NCBI GenBank assembly: GCA_964019335.1
Contig: OZ025650.1
Coordinates: 310,001 to 374,000, forward strand
Reading direction: 5' to 3'
Length of the DNA: 64,000 nucleotides
Source: Diplonema japonicum
Taxonomy: Eukaryota > Protista > Euglenozoa: Diplonemea
Made by a program: the position numbers and the translations under genes. Below are positions 55,940 to 64,000 of this stretch, piece after piece. The notes below the pieces were generated by a model. The model saw nothing but the letters and a program-made list of their open reading frames with translations, was not told where the DNA came from and searched no databases. The stretch's first letter is position 1; each line of letters begins with the position of its first letter.

Positions 55940-58349
55940 TCAGCTTGGAACCCGAAATACAAGTTTATAACTCACGAAAGTATTCATGTGAAACACGGAA
56001 CATTGTACTTTCTCATCATCTCGCGTGACAAAGAAAAGAAATGAATAGAAAGAAGAAAAAAATGTCAGTCCTCGACCTATTCTTTATATGCTCATCTCCC
56101 AGGGGTTTCCTGGGATGCACAGAGATTCCTAATGTAATGTACATCATCCAATGGTTCTCATAAGGGATGGGCGGAAGAATGTGATGTCAGCGGTGTCCTA
56201 AGGGTAATTAAGTTTTGCCATTTCTCGGGCATCGCACCTTGTGCTCCGACTGGGGCGGCATCATAGTGATTGTCATCATCTAAGGAGCAAAGAAAAAGAG
56301 TCACAGAAAACAGTCCCCTTCCCCGCAATTGGCAAAACAGTTTTGTGTGGTCAGGTAAAACCCGAAAGTCAACTTCACACAGCAAAAAGATGCATCAGGT
56401 CTTGAAACACATTGTGGAAAGTAATGTCATCATTTCAACTCCTTCTCATTCATGTTAAATGTTTCCCTCATGCAAACCTCTCGAACAAGAAATGATGAGC
56501 TTGAGGTAGGTAGCGAGGCGCAGTCACAGCTCGAGGCACTGTCCTGAAGACTTTTTTCCTGTGTGTCTTGCAGACACAAAGTAAAAGGAAGGTTGTGTCT
56601 TGCCATGAAGTTGCCCTTGCAGTGCGAGAAGGGGCGTCCTGCAGGTTTGATCGTCATGGCGGAAAGTGAATGGAAGTGTACGAAACAAACGGAACGGGGC
56701 AACTAGAGCCACAGTTCTTGCCCGAGTCATTGACCTGCAGTGGCGATGTCGAAGACTGCGCCCAGAGGCTGGTTACCAAGGGCGGGTAAGAAACAATAAC
56801 TTCTGCGTCTTCCTGGTTGCTCAGAAGTTGTGAAAGCTTTATCAAGAGTGTTGTATTCAGCCGGAGGCCTCGTGGCCCCGTCGTATAGTACCGATCCTGT
56901 TTCTCATCATCGCAGGGTGGCTGGGGGGGAGAGGGAAAGAAAACTGGATCCATTTCCGGGGGATGAGGAAAAACTATGAACAACAGCAACAAACAAGAGT
57001 CAGCCTCCTCGACCTATTCTTTGGGTGCTCATCTCCCAGGGATTTCCTGAGATGCACAGAGATTCCTTGTGTAAAAACAAAAATCATCATTTGTTTGCTT
57101 TCCTGCTGTAGTTCGGGTAGTTTCTTCTTCTTTCGCTTTCCTTCTTGCCTGTGTTTCTGCCCATGGATGTAAATGTTTGTTACGGGTGGTCTCCTTGGCC
57201 ATGGCAACAAACTCAAGGGCAATGAAAAAACTCAAAGTACAGGACAAGCCCCCCGCTAGAGGGCCGCCCAAAAAAAGAAAATCAGCTAGGGGCGAAAGAA
57301 TAAAGTCACATTGTCTAGTAATTCAACAGAAAGTATTTGTTAACGTTGTTTATCATCATAAAAAACGACAAGACTGAAACAGAACAGAAACAACCCTCCA
57401 ATGAATCAGCTTGGAACCCGAAATACAAGTTTATAACTCACGAAAGTATTCATGTGAAACACGGAACATTGTACTTTCTCATCATTTCGCGTGACAAAGA
57501 AAAGAGAAATGAATAGAAAGAAGAAAAAAATGTCAGTCCTCGACCTATTCTTTATATGCTCATCTCCCAGGGGTTTCCTGGGATGCACAGAGATTCCTAA
57601 TGTATTGTACATCATCCAATGGTTCTCATAAGGGATGGGCGGAAGAATGTGATGTCAGCGGTGTCCTAAGGGTAATTAAGTTTTTGCCATTTCTCGGGCA
57701 CTACAAAACTGCTTTTTGCTTTTTTTTTGAAACTGTCAAAGGTATTTGAACTTCTTGCCCGAGTCATTTACCTGCAGTGGCGATGTCGAAGACTGCGCCC
57801 AGAGGCTGATTACCAAGGGCTGGCTTCTCTTAACAATGGGTTGGGAACGTGAACTAACTGGATGCATTGCATCATGCCAAGCACTCTTGGACAGGAAATG
57901 ATGAGCTTGAGGTAGGTAGCGAGGCGCAGTCACAGCTCGAGGCACTGTCCTGTGTTCATCTGAGATCTGTCTTTTCTCCCTCTTCTTCACCCACAAGAGC
58001 TCAGTGGTCAGGACAAATTGCAGTTACTGTCAAAAATGTCAGTCCTCGACCTATTCTTTATATGCTCATCTCCCAGGGGTTTCCTGGGATGCACAGAGAT
58101 TCCTAATGTATTGTACATCATCCAATGGTTCTCATAAGGGATGGGCGGAAGAATGTGATGTCAGCGGTGTCCTAAGGGTAATTAAGTTTTTGCCATTTCT
58201 CGGGCATCGCACCTTGTGCTCCGACTGGGGCGGCATCATAGTGATTGTCATCATCTACTTTCGAATGGAGTCAGCTAGGGGCGAAAGAAAAAAGTCACAT
58301 TGTCTAGTAATTCAACAGATAAAGAATGTTTGCAGATTGTTATCATCAT
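55940..58349 (-). ncRNA. snoRNA cluster 6 (CD4 x2, CD3 x4, CD1, CD2 variant, HA2, HA4, HA1, CD8, CD5 x2, truncated CD1/CD7)
   Basis: Same module families plus deletion-truncated copies at 57655-57700 and 58008-58031. Confidence 0.85.
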
Positions 58350-59223
58350 TTCAAACAAAAAAAGTGTAAGGATCTTGCAAACAACATGGTGTATAACACA
58401 AAAAAGTGAAGTATGAAACGGGGGGAAGAAAGTTCTAAATAAATAAGTATTCCTTTATTATTATTATTTTTTTTTTTTTGAATTCGCAAACCCCCGCTCT
58501 CTGTAAACATTTACCCAAAAAAAGAGAAAAAAAATTGGGGTCGTACCTGCGGGGCTGTTAATGATTAGAGATATGAGGGATTACCCATTGTGTGGAAGAG
58601 GGAAGAGGAAAAAAGAGAGGAGTGCAAGGAAAAAAAGGCAAGGGGGAAATCTCGTAAATGTTCATGTGAAGCTTTCCCACTCCTTTTTCGCCACCATCAT
58701 TCCATTTTTAAAAAGCTTTTTTTTTGTACTTCTACTATTGAAGAAACTAATAGGGACAAAACAAAAATATGGGGGGAACGCTGGCGTTACACGCCCCCCC
58801 CCCCTTTTTTTTCTTTTCTTCTTGGTAAGATTCAGTTCTATTGTAATTTCATTCTTTTTTGTTTTTCCTTTCTTTCTCTCTCGGTTCGTTATACCGTTGT
58901 TTTAAAACATAAAAGGTAAAAGTTGAGAGATCCGAGAAAAAGAAAATGGGTCATATCCATGTTATCCCCACCACCGTTGGGGAACTAAAAAAAAAAAAAC
59001 ATTTCTTTTTTTTTTTCTGTAATGGTAAAGGTTGTGTGGGGAAAAAAAAAAAGATTCTCCTTATTACAGTAAAAGGGAGGGGGATGAGGGGGAAAAAAAA
59101 AACAATAGAAGGGGGGAAAAAAAAAACACACAAACACACCCAAAGTTTTATTTTCGGGGAGGAAGGGAAGAGGGGGGGGGGGGGGGGGGGGGGTGACAAT
59201 TTCCCCCCATCTTTTTTCTATGT

Positions 59224-61257
59224 TCAATACTGCAACATAAGAGGTTGTTCCAAGGGCGTGGCACCCATTTTCTGCGCAGGCTGTATCGGCTCGAGAGGCC
59301 GGGCACTGTATTTTGTCACGTTATGTTTATCGAGAGAATCTTGGAGGTCAGAAGGAAGGTAGTAAGGCTTGTCCTTACCATTGTTGACATCGAGGTCTTG
59401 ACAGAAAGACAACAGAACGGTGTCAACACAAACTGAAAAAACCGCAGCGAAGATGGAAGCGATGATGTAGGCGATGATGGCGATGACGATTAGGGTTAAA
59501 ACACAATCTTCGGTTGCAATGTTGTCACCTGTCATGTCAAACTGTACAATGCACAACCAACCGAGCGCGGTGCTCAGCGCCACGATTTGAAGCTTCCCGA
59601 AAAGCATAACCCAGTCTGCAATGAAGTTAACGGCAATGACGTCGAAAGCATGGCGCATCAACAAAAACAACGCACGCTTCGCACCAGAACAGAAATTGTC
59701 CCCACACATCGCAGTCATAATGTACGCATTACGATTGATAAACTTGATCAGCCGCTCGAAACACGCCAAGCAGCACTGCACGCATTTGATGAAACATGTT
59801 ACAACATCAGAATCAGACAGCCTCCGCATCCTCTCCTCCATCGCCTGCATTATGATCCTTATCAACTGTATGATAGCTACGATCAGCGAGCCTATCATCA
59901 CCGTTCCCAAATGGTATCTTATCGTTAATGTAAGCCCTTTTGCAACGCCTCCTTGTGGCTGTTTGTGGTCTCCTGGTACACTCCAGTACCAGAACACCGC
60001 ACAGAACGCTAGAATCATGAAACCCGTGGCGTTTAGAAGCGCCATGGACCAGAGAAGCATGAAAAGATTGTATAAGTGCGCGTATATCCGCCAGTTTTCG
60101 TCGCCCAGTACCTCGACGAATGCTTGCGTTGCGTTGCCAAGCTCTTCTGACTGTTCCGTAACGTTACCCCACCACACCACTTCTTCCTTTTTCAAATCTC
60201 CGATCGTTTGTATGAACAACGCTGTGACAATATGGAAAATAATCACTGGAATCATCACGAAAACGATGCACGGTGGGACCAACGTCATGGTAGGGATCGT
60301 GATGGGGATCTTCGAGGCTTCTTCGATTGTGTCGCACGCCACGTTAATGTTCTTACAGAAAAACACGCACAGCAAAGTATATATCACAAAAAAGGCTGCT
60401 GTGGCAATGAGAAAGAGAAGCCACATGTTCTTGCTGCTTCCAGACGACGATCGATCCCAATTGCTATAACAAATGTAAGTTATGAAACCCGACCCGAAAA
60501 AAAGAAGGATCAACGAAATGAACACCGTTGGCTTCACAGTCCGGCGTAAGATGAAAAGCCACAAATACGAGATCAACACTGTGGCACCAGCGCATAGACC
60601 CACAACGTGGATGGAATCGCGTAGTTGAGCGAAGGCGGTACCCATGGTGCCGGCGATACCGAAGATATTGGTGATGTCTCCTGTGAGCTCCTCAGGGTGT
60701 GCTGGGATGCATCGGTGTATGACTTCCTTTGTTTCTAATGGAGAATCGAAACTAACCTTTTCCCCGTTCATTTCCTCCGTGCCGTCGTACCAGAGTACTG
60801 TGTCGCCTTTGTCGGGGCATTTATCTACGCAGAGGCCGAGTTTTAAAGAGTCTTTTATAAGATCTTCGCAGGTAGGACCGCTCTGAGCGACGAGCCTTCC
60901 TGCGCAAGTTTCGGCGGAGGGAATGGGGTACGCTATTTTATCCAGATCGGACCACGCCAGCTTTTTCCCATCTCTTGTGATATTCACTGTGAACGAAATA
61001 TTTTCTGCATGGTGCCCGCAAAGATTCCCTGCCCTGTCCAGCCCGTACAGTAGTCGATTAGGGTCGCCTTGACTGTACCCTGCAAAGGCCAACGTCATCA
61101 TCAAGATCCATGCTGCTGCATAAATCAGAAACCCGCATAAATCCGTGCAACCTCTCTGTGCGTAGAACCCAATCTCACTCGACCCGAACTGCCTCCTCGG
61201 CGAGTATCTTGCTGCCCTTTCCTCTTGCTTCTCTCTTTTGCTTTGGCCACCGCCCAT
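59224..61257 (-). CDS. Choline transporter-like (CTL/SLC44) protein
   Basis: RGCTDL, GDPNRLLYGLDRAGNLCG, YHLGTVMIGSLI, NRNAYIMTAMCGDNFC and DTVLLSFCQD motifs; about 10 TM segments. Confidence 0.92.
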   Translation of the reverse strand: MGGGQSKREKQEERAARYSPRRQFGSSEIGFYAQRGCTDLCGFLIYAAAWILMMTLAFAGYSQGDPNRLLYGLDRAGNLCGHHAENISFTVNITRDGKKLAWSDLDKIAYPIPSAETCAGRLVAQSGPTCEDLIKDSLKLGLCVDKCPDKGDTVLWYDGTEEMNGEKVSFDSPLETKEVIHRCIPAHPEELTGDITNIFGIAGTMGTAFAQLRDSIHVVGLCAGATVLISYLWLFILRRTVKPTVFISLILLFFGSGFITYICYSNWDRSSSGSSKNMWLLFLIATAAFFVIYTLLCVFFCKNINVACDTIEEASKIPITIPTMTLVPPCIVFVMIPVIIFHIVTALFIQTIGDLKKEEVVWWGNVTEQSEELGNATQAFVEVLGDENWRIYAHLYNLFMLLWSMALLNATGFMILAFCAVFWYWSVPGDHKQPQGGVAKGLTLTIRYHLGTVMIGSLIVAIIQLIRIIMQAMEERMRRLSDSDVVTCFIKCVQCCLACFERLIKFINRNAYIMTAMCGDNFCSGAKRALFLLMRHAFDVIAVNFIADWVMLFGKLQIVALSTALGWLCIVQFDMTGDNIATEDCVLTLIVIAIIAYIIASIFAAVFSVCVDTVLLSFCQDLDVNNGKDKPYYLPSDLQDSLDKHNVTKYSARPLEPIQPAQKMGATPLEQPLMLQY

Positions 61258-61392
61258 TTTTTCTGTTTTTTTTTTTTAATACCCCCTTTCCCTCCTCCTT
61301 TGTTGGCGTTCAATGAGACTCAACATGCTTCAATGTTGAAGGGATCAGGGTTCTCATTTTTTGAAATTGTTACCTTTTCTTCTCCTTTTTGC

Positions 61393-62235
61393 TCAGAAGT
61401 TGTGAAAGCTTTATCAAGAGTGTTGTATTCAGCCGGAGGCCTCGTGGCCCCGTCGTATAGTACCGATCCTGTTTCTCATCATCGCAGGGTGGCTGGGGGG
61501 AGAGGGAAGAAAACTGGATCCATTTCCGGGGGATGAGGAAAAACTATGAACAACAGCAACAAGGGTGGCTGCGGAAGGCAAAAAAGGGCGAATAGCAAAA
61601 CAGCAGCAAACTAGAGTCAGCCTCCTCTTATTCTTTGAATGATTATTTTCTTTTGGGATACACAGAGATTCCTTGTTATAAAATCACTATTGTTTACACT
61701 TGTTTTCGTGCTGGGGCCCCGGTGGTATTTTCTTTTCCCACTTTAAAAAACAATTTATGTAGGACCACACCAAGGCACACAAAAGACACATGGAAGGAAG
61801 TGAAGGTGTGCTGGTTAAATGTGGTTCTGAGCTTTGCTGTTGCGTGCGTTGAAAAGGGAGGGCGGGATCTTTTGCTTCTCCCCAACAAAGTGTGTGGAGA
61901 CCCATCCCTCCCAAACCTGTCGCCACGCGTTCGGGGGTGCTGGTGGTGGTGGTGGTGGCGCTTCGGAAGCAAAGTGGTCAACTCATCTTGGAACAGGGAG
62001 TATACTGTTGGCAGCATGGGTGACTCCGCCACAGAGCTGTTTGTTCCCTCTTTTCGATTTTCGGGTTTGCGGGTCAGCTCACCATTGATCAGAAGTCAGG
62101 TAGGGTTGTTCTTGGAATCGTTGCTCAACAAGTGATTGTTTGAAGATCTTCAGATTGGCTAGGGCGGTAGAATTCCAGGTTGTCATCACTTCAATTGGAG
62201 GTTTTCTCTTTGTGGCAAAATGAAAAAAAAAATTT

Positions 62236-62295
<60 letters not shown>

Positions 62296-63144
62296 CAGCT
62301 AGGGGCGAAAGAATAAAGTCACATTGTCTAGTAATTCAACAGAAAGTATTTGTTAACGTTGTTTATCATCATAAAAAACGACAAGACTGAAACAGAACAG
62401 AAACAACCCTCCAATGAATCAGCTTGGAACCCGAAATACAAGTTTATAACTCACGAAAGTATTCATGTGAAACACGGAACATTGTACTTTCTCATCATTT
62501 CGCGTGACAAAGAAAAGAAAGAAGAAAAAAATGTCAGTCCTCGACCTATTCTTTATATGCTCATCTCCCAGGGGTTTCCTGGGATGCACAGAGATTCCTA
62601 ATGTATTGTACATCATCCAATGGTTCTCATAAGGGATGGGCGGAAGAATGTGATGTCAGCGGTGTCCTAAGGGTAATTAAGTTTTGCCATTTCTCGGGCA
62701 TCGCACCTTGTGCTCCGACTGGGGCGGCATCATAGTGATTGTCATCATCTATCTTTTGAAGCTAAAACTACAAAACTGCTTTTTTTTGCTTTTTTTTTTT
62801 TTGAAACTGTCAAAGGTATTTGAACTGTGTTAGTTCTTGCCCGAGTCATTTACCTGCAGTGGCGATGTCGAAGACTGCGCCCAGAGGCTGATTACCAAGG
62901 GCTGGCTTCTCTTAACAATGGGTTGGGAACGTGAACTAACTGGATGCATTGCATCATGCCAAGGTAGGTAGCGAGGCGCAGTCACAGCTCGAGGCACTGT
63001 CCTGTGTTCATCTGAGATCTGTCTTTTCTCCCTCTTCTTCACCCACAAGAGCTCAGTGGTCAGGACAAATTGCAGTTACTGTCGTCAGGAACGAGTGTTT
63101 CCGACTGAGAGATCAGGTATTTGATAACTTACAGGTTGTCATCA
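61393..63144 (-). ncRNA. snoRNA cluster 7 (CD8, HA5, HA3, CD6, CD5, CD4, CD3, CD1, HA1, partial HA2, CD7)
   Basis: Same module families; 62400-63144 closely duplicates 51201-51987. Confidence 0.85.
62251..62292. repeat. (AT)n microsatellite in snoRNA spacer (paralogous shorter copy 53101-53122)
   Basis: Directly visible. Confidence 0.9.
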
Positions 63145-63523
63145 GTGCTCTGTAGTTTTTTGTTTTGTGTTGTCCTTCAGAATAATGTTCGGGGTTCACT
63201 CGGCAACAAGCTAAGAGACAGTGAAAGACAATGGGCTCCAGGACTGATGTGGTGGGAATTTAGGAATAATTTGTAGTATTGCGATGCATGTATAATAATA
63301 AACTAGAACAAAACGGCAAGAGGAAAACAATTGTTCTGAAATAAAAAGACGACTAAACAGTAGAGCAGACTAAGAAAGTGCACCCACAGCAAGGGTTAAA
63401 AAATTTGAATGCGCTGTTAATGGAATGCACTGAAAATGGAATAAGCAAAGGAATTGGAAAGGAAGGAAAGGAAAAGAAGAAGAAAAAAAAGAAGAAACGA
63501 ACGAAGATCTTGAGCTCTTCGGT

Positions 63524-64000
63524 TCAAGATTTCCTGGAAAAGGCCCAAGTCAAGCCGTTCCAAGCATAGTTTAAGCCGAAAGGAAGTTTCGAAGGAGGGT
63601 CACGGCAGAAGAGGGCAAAGACTTCCCCCTCTGCGTCGACCACGTTTACAAAATCACCTAGGGGGTTCACCTTTACAACCCTAAAGGCTTGTTCACCCCG
63701 CATGATGGTGTCGCCCACCCTGAAGGTGTCGCAGAAGGTGTACGTGTATCTGGTGTGGAAGCACAGCATTGCGTCTTTCGACCTAATTCCGCTCAGGCGC
63801 ACGGTGGAGTTACAGAGCCCTGCCCTTTCCAGAAGCAACCCGCGCAGTGTCCTTGCATCAGATCCACTACGCACCATGACACGCTCTGATACAGTCCCGT
63901 CCGTGATATCCAACGGAGAGAACTCCTTCAGAAGGTCGACAGGCTTGGTGTCCTCCGGGTACAGGAATTTCGTATTCACTACCATCATTAACTCGTTCCC
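63524..64000 (-). CDS. Orphan family protein C, 3' part (start probably beyond the window)
   Basis: Homologous to the C-terminal half of 38060-39409 (ARTLRxLLLxRAG, NSTVRL, DTFxVGD, SKLPFG...GLTWAFS). Confidence 0.7.
   Translation of the reverse strand, partial: GNELMMVVNTKFLYPEDTKPVDLLKEFSPLDITDGTVSERVMVRSGSDARTLRGLLLERAGLCNSTVRLSGIRSKDAMLCFHTRYTYTFCDTFRVGDTIMRGEQAFRVVKVNPLGDFVNVVDAEGEVFALFCRDPPSKLPFGLNYAWNGLTWAFSRKS

Noticed and set aside
35098-63144. CRISPR array or integron attC cassettes
   Set aside because: Eukaryotic context with no cas or integrase gene. The repeats are about 13 different 65-180 nt families with snoRNA boxes and rRNA complementarity.
35098-63144. rRNA gene fragments or spliced-leader RNA genes
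   Set aside because: rRNA matches are only 10-20 nt and sit next to box motifs; no SL exon sequence was recognised.
35150-63155. Recurrent short ORFs (MLRLGRHHSDC..., MMYNTLGISV..., MKVCWLNVV..., MHHAKHS...)
   Set aside because: By-products of snoRNA repeats: frames differ between copies through indels, and the ATGs come from ATGATGA C boxes or are alternative starts.

Overview
Eukaryotic DNA, most likely a euglenozoan and probably diplonemid-like. This is inferred from a kinetoplastid-type OSCP, a PAM2-bearing eIF4E, AGA-box guide RNAs, and all supported genes lying head-to-tail on the minus strand with poly-pyrimidine/AG acceptors, yet with short GT-AG cis introns. 1-35 kb is a unidirectional gene cluster: dynein heavy-chain N-terminus, a decayed APE-RT non-LTR retroposon with a 6-bp TSD, SDR epimerase, USP deubiquitinase, acyl-CoA dehydrogenase, eIF4E, FCP1-like phosphatase, OSCP, MAP2K-like kinase, PH protein, FKBP and a MITE. 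35-64 kb is a previously unannotated snoRNA region: about 80 minus-strand copies of about 13 guide-RNA families (C/D box, single-hairpin AGA-box H/ACA-like, and one two-hairpin H+ACA RNA) in seven shuffled clusters. Each cluster is separated by one protein gene (Cys-rich surface protein, GxGYxYP protein, eIF4A-like helicase, choline transporter-like protein, a three-member orphan family). Paralogous C/D copies show guide-register shifts that predict methylation of neighbouring rRNA nucleotides. rRNA targets were assigned from remembered universal rRNA motifs, not by database search.
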